Shown here: one piece after another, positions 32,502-40,456 of the stretch
Layout: each line of letters begins with the position of its first letter
How positions within the stretch are numbered: position 1 is the first letter of the stretch
Origin: Woeseiaceae bacterium
GTDB lineage: Bacteria; Pseudomonadota; Gammaproteobacteria; Steroidobacterales; Woeseiaceae
Length of the DNA: 64,000 nucleotides
Assembly: GCA_021773075.1 (NCBI GenBank)
Contig: JAJFKT010000026.1
Span: 184,356-248,355, forward strand
Direction of reading: 5' to 3'
Position numbers and translations under genes: made by a program
Notes under the pieces: generated by a model
Database searches by the model: none
Seen by the model: the letters and a program-made list of their open reading frames with translations, nothing else
Told to the model about the DNA's origin: nothing

Positions 32502-32559
32502 TTACATACGTTTACATTTCATTACAAACAAATATCGGCCGCTCATACGGAAATTACAT
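32502..32559 (+). promoter_or_regulatory. second array of TTACAT-like direct repeats, upstream of the tetrahaem cytochrome gene
   Basis: TTACAT 32502, TTACAT 32512, TTACAA 32522 (exact 10-nt phasing) and TTACAT 32554. Same hexamer family as at 28594-28670. Confidence 0.45.
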
Positions 32560-32636
32560 CCGCCCCATATTATTGCTGTCAATGGAGAGGGAAATTCATC
32601 CAGCTCAGCTTTGAAAACAAACGAAGGGGACATGTA

Positions 32637-33332
32637 ATGAAGACTTTAATCTCAGGCCAAGGGAATCGCATGCTAACGACCCTGTTGTCGGGGTTATTGA
32701 TGGGAATGGGAATCCTGTTCTCAACATCCGCGTTGGCCCAGGACAATACGACGATCGTCGGCTCTCCCCACGATTTTCGAACTCAAGGGTGGGTTAACAA
32801 TGGTAACAACGAAATTTGCGTGGTTTGTCATACACCGCATAACGCAATTTCCCCTCAAGACGGACCGTTGTGGAATCGTTCTTTGACAACCTCGACTTTC
32901 ACGTTGTACACGGCCAATTCTGCAACTCCTGGTAGCGATATTCAGGGCACAGGCTTCAATCAACCGTCGGGTGTATCAAGGCTATGCTTATCCTGCCACG
33001 ACGGGACCATTGCGATCGACGCTTTTGGTGGCTTGACTGGAACGGAAACGATGGATGACATTAACGTCGCCGCAAATCTCGGTGACGTGGTTGGCGGCGT
33101 CGGTGATTTGAGCAACGATCATCCGGTGGCCTTCACTTTTCCGACTACCGATCCTGAAATCGTTCCTAATGTAAACGGCCTGGTCGCGGGTGTGATGCCG
33201 CTATTTGGCGTAGGTCAAGATCAGATGGAGTGCGCTTCCTGCCATGATGTGCATGCTACAAATACATTTGACCAGCTACTCAGGGTTGACAATGACGGTA
33301 GCGCACTCTGCCTGACCTGCCACACAAAATAG
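32637..33332 (+). CDS. tetrahaem c-type cytochrome (stand-alone copy of the N-terminal module of the dodecahaem proteins)
   Basis: ATG 32637 gives the signal MKTLISGQGNRMLTTLLSGLLMGMGILFSTSALA. Motifs CVVCHTPH...PLWNR, CLSCHDGTIA, DHPVAF, CASCHDVH, CLTCH (4 CXXCH). The upstream part of ORF 32409 has no coding character. Confidence 0.85.
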   Translation: MKTLISGQGNRMLTTLLSGLLMGMGILFSTSALAQDNTTIVGSPHDFRTQGWVNNGNNEICVVCHTPHNAISPQDGPLWNRSLTTSTFTLYTANSATPGSDIQGTGFNQPSGVSRLCLSCHDGTIAIDAFGGLTGTETMDDINVAANLGDVVGGVGDLSNDHPVAFTFPTTDPEIVPNVNGLVAGVMPLFGVGQDQMECASCHDVHATNTFDQLLRVDNDGSALCLTCHTK

Positions 33333-33386
33333 CGTGTAAGGTAGTCACACCGCTGTTGGCTCCGACAGGAACCAGGGAAAATCAAC

Positions 33387-33420
33387 ACACCCCCTTCCGG
33401 TTGGTTGGGGGTGTATTTTT
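33387..33420 (+). terminator. rho-independent terminator after the tetrahaem gene
   Basis: ACACCCCC (33387-33394) pairs with GGGGGTGT (33407-33414). An inner CC/GG pairing is possible, and ATTTTT follows. Confidence 0.7.
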
Positions 33421-33492
33421 GTGAAACAATATCTTCATGATCAGGAAGAGCTTGTAAGGCGACATCATAAGATTTTGAAATGAGGTAAGAAG

Positions 33493-34626
33493 ATGCGACG
33501 AGTGCGAAGCAGAAACCTAAAAAATCATTTCCTGGTCGCGGTTTTTCTGTCCGTCTGTCTGGTTCCGGCGTACTCACAAGATCGGATGGACAGCGAAGAT
33601 GGCACAAGCACACTTTTCTATCCAGCGTTGCCGGAAGCTCCACGTATTCAGTACCTGACCAGCTTCTCGGTAGCTGGCGATGTAAAAGAGAAAAAGAAAA
33701 AGAGAAGTGGCTGGTTAAGCGATTTTGTCCTCGGCGAGCAGAACCCCGAGGACGATGAGGGACCGCAAAAACCCTATGGTGTGTCGCTCAACAATGGCCA
33801 GGTCCACGTCGTGGATACTCGGGGAGGCGGTTATGCGATCTTCGATGTGCCCGGTAAAGACTATCGGTTCACCCTCGGGTCAGGGTCTGCTGTTATGTCG
33901 AAACCCATCAACATAGAAATTGACGATGCGGGAACGAAGTATGTCACCGATACCGAGAGAGGTCAGATTCTTGCTTTTGACAGCAACGATAAGTTTCTGA
34001 GGGCCTACGGCAAACGCGGGGAATTCCGGCCGACGGATATTCTGGTTGACGAAGGTCGTTTGTACGTGGTCGATATTCAGGGGCACCGGATCATGGTGCT
34101 CGACAAAGATACTGGCGTCGAACTCAGTTCCTTCGGTGGGCCGGGCGCAGAAGAACATAATTTCTTTCAACCGACCAACATCGCCCTCGGGCCGAACAAG
34201 CATCTATATATTAGTGATACGGGCAATTTCCGTGTGCAAAAATTTACGCGGGACGGTGAGTTTGTGCAAAGTTTTGGAGCAGGCGTTGGCACTGCACCGG
34301 GTGACTTCGCACGCCCCAAAGGTATAGCTGTGGATCGTATGGGCCGGCTTTACGTCGTAGACGCCGCGTTCGAGACTGTTCAAATCTTCAGCAGCCAGGG
34401 TGAGCTGCTATTGTATTTTGGCGAGCCGGCGTCGACGCATCGAGGGGGGCTGGACCTGCCGGCAGATATCGATATTGACTATGACAGCGTCCCCTTTTTC
34501 CAGCAGTACGCGGATCCGGGTTTCAATCTCGAATATATCATTGTCGTTGCCAATCAGTTTGGCAGCAGCAGTGTCAATGTTTTTGGCTTCGGGCGCTATG
34601 AGTCGATGAGATATGAAGACGAGTAA
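33493..34626 (+). CDS. NHL-repeat six-bladed beta-propeller protein 1 (exported)
   Basis: Signal MRRVRSRNLKNHFLVAVFLSVCLVPAYS. Repeated NHL units such as LYVVDIQGHRIMVLDKDTGVELSSFG, FFQPTNIALGPNKHLYISDTGNFRVQKFTRDGEFVQSFG and FARPKGIAVDRMGRLYVVDAAFETVQIFSSQGELLLYFG. Confidence 0.85.
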   Translation: MRRVRSRNLKNHFLVAVFLSVCLVPAYSQDRMDSEDGTSTLFYPALPEAPRIQYLTSFSVAGDVKEKKKKRSGWLSDFVLGEQNPEDDEGPQKPYGVSLNNGQVHVVDTRGGGYAIFDVPGKDYRFTLGSGSAVMSKPINIEIDDAGTKYVTDTERGQILAFDSNDKFLRAYGKRGEFRPTDILVDEGRLYVVDIQGHRIMVLDKDTGVELSSFGGPGAEEHNFFQPTNIALGPNKHLYISDTGNFRVQKFTRDGEFVQSFGAGVGTAPGDFARPKGIAVDRMGRLYVVDAAFETVQIFSSQGELLLYFGEPASTHRGGLDLPADIDIDYDSVPFFQQYADPGFNLEYIIVVANQFGSSSVNVFGFGRYESMRYEDE

Positions 34627-34687
34627 TCGCACCCGCGGCGCATAAATTCTCGATAGAGGTCGGCAAACGGATCTCTGAGATTTACTG

Positions 34688-36697
34688 ATGCGTGAAATCG
34701 TTCTAACTTGCGTTGCACTGGTGTCGATCCTGTTGCCTGACTTCGCGGCCGCCGAGGACGAACTGGCTATTTTTAGGCTAACGAATGTACAGGCCTATAT
34801 AGAATTGCTATATCGAAAGAACGTGTTTAATAATCGAGCGACAGGGATTGAGACTGCTATTGACGATTACAGACCGCAAATCGAAGTCGGCACGTCCACC
34901 AATAGTTACATCTTTCATCCAAAACTGTTGCAGATAAGTTTGGCCGGGAGTTTGCTGTCCGATCGACAGGATATTAGCCGTCAGCAGTTATCAGTAGCGA
35001 CTAATGGGACAACAGAGTCGATCAGCCGTCAAAAACAAGTCTTACTGAACATCAACACAACGTTGCGGCTCTTGAAGGACAAACACTTTCCAACGACTTT
35101 TTCTTATCTGCGCGAAAATCCGGTTGTGCGAACTGGTCTGGAAGGTAGCTTTACACAGACAACAGAAAGATACGGCGTTGACTTTCAATTGCGAGACGTA
35201 TTACCCGTAAGCCTTTCAATAAACGCGTTCACCGATTCGTTCTTTGGGGAGTCCCTTGACCGGATAGTGGACTTTACCTCCGATCGTGTCACCGTAAAGT
35301 CGAGGAAAACCTTTTCCTCGGGTGACCGGTTTGCACTGAGTTACGAGGTGTCGAATCGAAATTCGCGAAACGGAGATCCCAGGAGAATGATCCAGGAAAC
35401 CCTGCGTCGATCGCGAAATCTGGCATTGACATCTAACTGGCGCCTGGGCAGCGGCGATCAGTTGCATATTGATCAAACCGCCAGCTTTAATCGGCGCGAC
35501 AACCCGGATGTGACAGACATCAATTTTTCACCCAGATTTCGCTGGCTACATTCCTCCACACTCCAGTCCAGGTATCGTTACAGTTTCAACCAGTCCGAAA
35601 GACCGGAGTCCATGATCAAGAACCGAACGGAAAGGTCAAGCGCTGCACTGCACTATTCGCCGACGCCGACAATGAATGGTTTCGTTCGCGCCAACTTCGA
35701 TCAATCGGAGGAAAAAAGTCGACTTCTGCAGAGCGCTTTTGGGCTGACGTCGAGAGGTAGTTTCAAGAAAACCTCGAAGATCGGGCTACTCAATTTGTCC
35801 CTTGGGCTTGGTTATGAACGCAAGGATAGGGAGTCCCTGGTAACGCAGATTAGTGTCATAGAGGAATCCGTCGAACTAGTCGGAACTCTACCGATTTTCC
35901 TGTCGAGGGACTTCGTCATTATTGGTACCGTGACGGTCCGCAATGAAACAGGCACCCAGATCCTTAGCGAGGGTGTCGATTATCGCCTGGTTGAGATCGG
36001 TTCCCGGACGCAGATAGAACGATTGATCGGCGGCGGTATTCTTGATGGAGAAACCGTGTTAGTCGACTACGATGCGCAAACTGGCGGGACCTTCGAGTAC
36101 TCACAGATAAGCCAGACGGCGAACCTCGACTTCAAATTTGCGAAATATCATAATATTTTCCTACGCTACCGCAATAACAGGCAAATACTGGAATCCGGTT
36201 TCTCAACGCTTCCGTTTAATTCGGTGAGGTCTGTGGAAGTCGGTCTGCGAGAACAAGTGCCTCTGCGCTGGATGGGACTCCAGCTTTATGGAGAGGCAAG
36301 GTATCTTCACCAGGATGAAGACATCAACCCGTATGAGCAGAAAAGTGTCCTTGTTTCCGTACAGGCACCGTTGCCGTATCGGCTGAAGTTGAGTTTATCG
36401 GCATCGCGGAACTTTGTGGATAATCTGAATTCCGTTGAGGACACGGACATGACGGTATTCAATGCCAACTTGAACTGGAACCCAAGAAGAAACCTGACGG
36501 TCAGGGCGGAAGGATATTACGATAAAGATACCGGAGGGACAATATTACGTAGCAGGACCAAGGGGAAACTAAGAGCGCAATGGCGATATCGAAAAATCCT
36601 TGTTGCAATGGACGCGACGTATGAAAAACAGCGGCAAGGAATTATCGAGAGTGATAATTACGAGCTTTGGTTGCGAATCAGAAGAGAGCTATTTTGA
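34688..36697 (+). CDS. large putative outer-membrane beta-barrel protein (no recognised family)
   Basis: 669 aa. Signal peptide ...LLPDFAAA-ED. Long run of short alternating amphipathic segments rich in R/N/S/Y/F. C-terminal ...YELWLRIRRELF (terminal Phe, OMP-type signal). No Cys or haem motifs. Confidence 0.6.
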   Translation: MREIVLTCVALVSILLPDFAAAEDELAIFRLTNVQAYIELLYRKNVFNNRATGIETAIDDYRPQIEVGTSTNSYIFHPKLLQISLAGSLLSDRQDISRQQLSVATNGTTESISRQKQVLLNINTTLRLLKDKHFPTTFSYLRENPVVRTGLEGSFTQTTERYGVDFQLRDVLPVSLSINAFTDSFFGESLDRIVDFTSDRVTVKSRKTFSSGDRFALSYEVSNRNSRNGDPRRMIQETLRRSRNLALTSNWRLGSGDQLHIDQTASFNRRDNPDVTDINFSPRFRWLHSSTLQSRYRYSFNQSERPESMIKNRTERSSAALHYSPTPTMNGFVRANFDQSEEKSRLLQSAFGLTSRGSFKKTSKIGLLNLSLGLGYERKDRESLVTQISVIEESVELVGTLPIFLSRDFVIIGTVTVRNETGTQILSEGVDYRLVEIGSRTQIERLIGGGILDGETVLVDYDAQTGGTFEYSQISQTANLDFKFAKYHNIFLRYRNNRQILESGFSTLPFNSVRSVEVGLREQVPLRWMGLQLYGEARYLHQDEDINPYEQKSVLVSVQAPLPYRLKLSLSASRNFVDNLNSVEDTDMTVFNANLNWNPRRNLTVRAEGYYDKDTGGTILRSRTKGKLRAQWRYRKILVAMDATYEKQRQGIIESDNYELWLRIRRELF

Positions 36698-36726
36698 CTG
36701 TAGCAACGAAAGTTTACCGGTATGCC

Positions 36727-37749
36727 ATGCGAGCAGCTATTTGCTTTGTCGTTGTGCTTGCGGCGTGCGTGCCGGTCGTGCACGGGCCGATCTACGAAAT
36801 GGAGATTGCAGAGCCAGTGTGGCCGGCAGCCCCCTCAAGGCCACGATTGGCTTTTGTAATGTCTTTTTCGGGCACGGAAGAACTCGGAATTAGAAAAAAC
36901 TTCTTGCAACAGTTACGGGCGTTGATCGGCGGGGCGCGTCAAGTCCGGTTGGTTCGGCCGGTGGCAGTTGTCGAAAGCTCCGACAAGCAGTTGTTTGTCG
37001 CTGATCCCGGAATGCGTGGCGTACATCGTTTCGACCTAGAGAGAGGCGGGTACCAGTTGATTCAGGGAGAGAACGGTCAACCGTTGTCATCGCCTGTCGC
37101 GCTTGCCGCCGGGTTGAGTGGTGAGGTCTATGTTACGGATTCACGTTTGGCCGCCGTATATGTTATTGAGCCCGGTAAAACCGTCGCCGAAAAAGTACCT
37201 CTTGAGGCCCTATTGGCGCGGCCGACCGGGCTGGCGCTGGACCCCTCAAGTGGGCGACTCTATCTCGTCGATACGGGCAGTCATGAAGTAAAAATATTCG
37301 CTCGCGACGGAGCTTTGCTGAAGCGATTTGGTCGCCGCGGTACAGGAACAGGTGAATTTAATTTTCCGACTATGATCTGGATGAACAATGCTGGTGAAAT
37401 TCTGGTTTCAGATTCCATGAATTTTCGGACACAGGTATTCGATTCTGCCGGAAACTTCCTGCGCCAATTTGGTGAAGCTGGCGATGGCGCAGGACATCAG
37501 GCACAAGGCAAGGGAATAGCGACAGACAGTAAGGGCCATGTGTATATCGTTGATTCGATGATGCACGCAGTTCAGGTTTTCGATCCGTCGGGCAACTTTC
37601 TATTCAAGTTAGGCTTTCGAGGGGAAGGTCCAGGAGAGTTCTGGTTACCGGCCGGCATCTTTGTCGGCGAGAGGGATACGATTTATGTGGCCGATTCCTA
37701 TAACGGCCGAATTCAGGTGTTCCGGTATATTGGTGGTAACTCGCCATGA
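36727..37749 (+). CDS. NHL-repeat beta-propeller lipoprotein 2
   Basis: ATG 36727 gives MRAAICFVVVLAAC (lipobox). NHL units: FNFPTMIWMNNAGEILVSDSMNFRTQVFDSAGNFLRQFG, GKGIATDSKGHVYIVDSMMHAVQVFDPSGNFLFKLG, FWLPAGIFVGERDTIYVADSYNGRIQVF. Its stop overlaps the next start (ATGA 37746-37749). Confidence 0.85.
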   Translation: MRAAICFVVVLAACVPVVHGPIYEMEIAEPVWPAAPSRPRLAFVMSFSGTEELGIRKNFLQQLRALIGGARQVRLVRPVAVVESSDKQLFVADPGMRGVHRFDLERGGYQLIQGENGQPLSSPVALAAGLSGEVYVTDSRLAAVYVIEPGKTVAEKVPLEALLARPTGLALDPSSGRLYLVDTGSHEVKIFARDGALLKRFGRRGTGTGEFNFPTMIWMNNAGEILVSDSMNFRTQVFDSAGNFLRQFGEAGDGAGHQAQGKGIATDSKGHVYIVDSMMHAVQVFDPSGNFLFKLGFRGEGPGEFWLPAGIFVGERDTIYVADSYNGRIQVFRYIGGNSP

Positions 37750-39437
37750 AATATGTAGGTTCGTCCTGTCTGATCTTGTTGGTGCTTTACTTGGCCGGCG
37801 GTATGTCCATGGCACAGCAAACATTCAATATGGAAGACAGCCGGCATGATCTGGCCATAGTCCTGTCGACCGGCTATGAAGGCGAGGTCAATGATGCTCA
37901 GTGTATCTTCTGTCATCCTCCCCGCAGTCAGACGCTAAAGATTGGATTGTGGAATGAGGCGCCAGCGGAGAATCTCTTTGACTACCCCTACGGCAGGCAG
38001 GATGAAAAAGGGACACCGGGCAAACCGGACGGTTCTTCGCTTGTCTGCCTCGGCTGTCATGACGGAACTATTGCTCTGGGCGACATACTCAGTCGTACTC
38101 AGTCGATCAGCAATAGTCGAGACACAAAACGTACTGACTTGTCCGACGGTCACCCTATCTCATTCTCGTATGATTCAACTCTGGTGGACAAGAATGATGA
38201 ACTTGAAAATCCAAAGACGTTAAGGCAACAGGTGAGGCTTGACACAACAGGCAAGATCCAGTGTACGAGTTGCCATGATCCCCATGACGATACCAATGGA
38301 AATTTCCTGGTAATGGACAACAGTTCAACAGCGCTGTGTGTCACGTGCCATAAAAAGGCCGGTTGGGGTACATCTCTGCACAATATTTCATCAGCGACCT
38401 GGAACCGTAGGGGACAGGATCCATGGCCATTCAATAATTTGAGAGGTTCAGTTGTAGAGCACGGTTGTTCTAATTGCCACACGCCCCACGCGGCAGGGAA
38501 TGGCCAATATCTTCTCAATTTCAATGTCGAAGAAGACAATTGCGCGGCATGTCACAATGGCAATGTGGCGGCTACAGATATCAGTGCAGAATTTAACAAA
38601 ATCTCGCATCACCCCATTGAGCAGACGACCGATATTCATGCAACGGATGAAGCGATCATTGTGAATGCGGAGGATCGTCATGTTGAGTGTGTTGATTGTC
38701 ATGACCCTCATTCCGTGAGTACGGCCGATGCGAACGGTACCACTGTCACCTGGAAAAATGTTCGCGGCGTGGATGTTAATGGTGGAGAAAAAACAGAGGC
38801 TATCGCAGAATTTGAATCGTGTTTTCGCTGTCATGGTGACAGCCCGGGAAAGGCCGCCATGCCAACCCCGCGCCTGCACGACCAGAATAACGTTCGGCTT
38901 CAGTTTGATAATGGTAATCCATCATTTCATCCGGTAGTTGGCCCCGGTAACAACTCAAACGTCCCATCTTTGATAGCACCATTGAGCGAAAACAGTACTA
39001 TCGCCTGCAGTGATTGCCACTCCAGTGATAACGACTCGAGTCTCGGTGGGAACGGGCCTGATGGACCGCATGGGTCGATTTACCGGTCTTTGTTGATTCG
39101 GGCCTATCAAACACAGGACCAGACACCTGAGAGTCCCGGCGCTTATTCCTTGTGTTATATGTGTCACGATCGGAACAGCATTCTTGGTGATGAGAGCTTT
39201 GCGCAGCACAGATTACACATCAGCGATAACAACACCCCTTGTAGTGTCTGCCACGACCCGCACGGGATAAGCTCTGTACAGGGGAATACAGTCAACAACT
39301 CACACTTGATTAATTTCGATACATCTGTCGTTTTCCCAAACAGCGGTAATGACCTTCATTTTGAGGATCGTGGAGATCTCAGCGGAGCCTGCTTTTTGGC
39401 ATGCCACAATCTTGAACATGACGGTCTTTCATATTGA
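37746..39437 (+). CDS. dodecahaem c-type cytochrome A (11 CXXCH + 1 CX3CH)
   Basis: Signal peptide. Haem motifs: CIFCH, CLGCH, CTSCH, CVTCH, CSNCH, CAACH, CVDCH, CFRCH, CSDCH, CYMCH, CSVCH, plus C-terminal CFLACH. Conserved DGHPISF and NPSFHPVVGPG blocks. Confidence 0.9.
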   Translation: MKYVGSSCLILLVLYLAGGMSMAQQTFNMEDSRHDLAIVLSTGYEGEVNDAQCIFCHPPRSQTLKIGLWNEAPAENLFDYPYGRQDEKGTPGKPDGSSLVCLGCHDGTIALGDILSRTQSISNSRDTKRTDLSDGHPISFSYDSTLVDKNDELENPKTLRQQVRLDTTGKIQCTSCHDPHDDTNGNFLVMDNSSTALCVTCHKKAGWGTSLHNISSATWNRRGQDPWPFNNLRGSVVEHGCSNCHTPHAAGNGQYLLNFNVEEDNCAACHNGNVAATDISAEFNKISHHPIEQTTDIHATDEAIIVNAEDRHVECVDCHDPHSVSTADANGTTVTWKNVRGVDVNGGEKTEAIAEFESCFRCHGDSPGKAAMPTPRLHDQNNVRLQFDNGNPSFHPVVGPGNNSNVPSLIAPLSENSTIACSDCHSSDNDSSLGGNGPDGPHGSIYRSLLIRAYQTQDQTPESPGAYSLCYMCHDRNSILGDESFAQHRLHISDNNTPCSVCHDPHGISSVQGNTVNNSHLINFDTSVVFPNSGNDLHFEDRGDLSGACFLACHNLEHDGLSY

Positions 39438-40456
39438 GCGAGCGAACCGTGACCAGGTCAATAATAATACTGACGCTTTTGATTGCTGTTGCCTGTACGC
39501 CAGCAAGGCTAAAGGATGCTGATATTTCTGCCTCTGAAGCGCAGGCAGTCTGGCCTGATCCGCCACAGGAGGCCCGGATTCGATATCTGTATTCTTTCAG
39601 CGAACCCACTGATCTGGGAATCAAACCCAGGGCGTTCTCGCGTTTCTTACAGGTGTTTACAGGTAAGGAAAGTCAGCGAATGTTGAGGCCGTATTCTATT
39701 GCTGCCGACGATGACATGATTGTTATTGTCGACCCGGGGCTCAAGGTCGTTCACCTCTATATGACCAAGCGAAAGAAATATGCAGTGATTAGCGATGTTG
39801 ATGGTGAAAGCTTTGTATCACCGGTCGGGATCAGCCTGGGGCATGACGCCATCTACCTCACTGACTCCGCCCTAGGCAAGGTTTTCGTTTTCGATCGGCA
39901 AGGTGAACATAAAAATACGATCACAGGTCTGATGCGTCCTACTGGGATTGTCTTTCATTCTGCCAGTCGGCGCCTTTACGTCACCGATACGCTCGAAAAT
40001 CAGATAGTCGTATTCGACGACAAAGGCGTACAACTGAACGCATTTGGAGCAAGAGGGGGAGCGGTCGGTGAATTCAATTTCCCCTCATTTCTCACCCTGC
40101 ATGGCGATATCCTTTACGTGAATGACACGATGAACTTTCGCATACAAGCGTTCACTCTGGATGGATCTCCTGTTGCTTCCTTTGGCAAATCCGGCGATGG
40201 GTCTGGACAGTTCGCGCTTTCAAAAGGGCTGGGTGCAGATAGGCAGGGGCACCTCTATGTTGCTGATTCCCTGTCAAACTACATTCAAATATTCGATGCG
40301 GAGGGCCGCTTTCTATTGTCCTTTGGTGGCATGGGGGGAAACATAGGACAATTCAGGTTGCCGGTTGGTATTTACATATTGAAAAACAGGATATTCGTCG
40401 CTGATTCCCAGAATCAGCGCGTGCAGGTTTTTGAATATATCGGGGGTGACACCTGA
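39434..40456 (+). CDS. NHL-repeat beta-propeller lipoprotein 3
   Basis: The start is either TTG 39434 (TTGA overlap with the upstream stop) or GTG 39449, giving (M)TRSIIILTLLIAVAC (lipobox). NHL units: FNFPSFLTLHGDILYVNDTMNFRIQAFTLDGSPVASFG, LSKGLGADRQGHLYVADSLSNYIQIFDAEGRFLLSFG, FRLPVGIYILKNRIFVADSQNQRVQVF. Confidence 0.85.
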   Translation: MSERTVTRSIIILTLLIAVACTPARLKDADISASEAQAVWPDPPQEARIRYLYSFSEPTDLGIKPRAFSRFLQVFTGKESQRMLRPYSIAADDDMIVIVDPGLKVVHLYMTKRKKYAVISDVDGESFVSPVGISLGHDAIYLTDSALGKVFVFDRQGEHKNTITGLMRPTGIVFHSASRRLYVTDTLENQIVVFDDKGVQLNAFGARGGAVGEFNFPSFLTLHGDILYVNDTMNFRIQAFTLDGSPVASFGKSGDGSGQFALSKGLGADRQGHLYVADSLSNYIQIFDAEGRFLLSFGGMGGNIGQFRLPVGIYILKNRIFVADSQNQRVQVFEYIGGDT

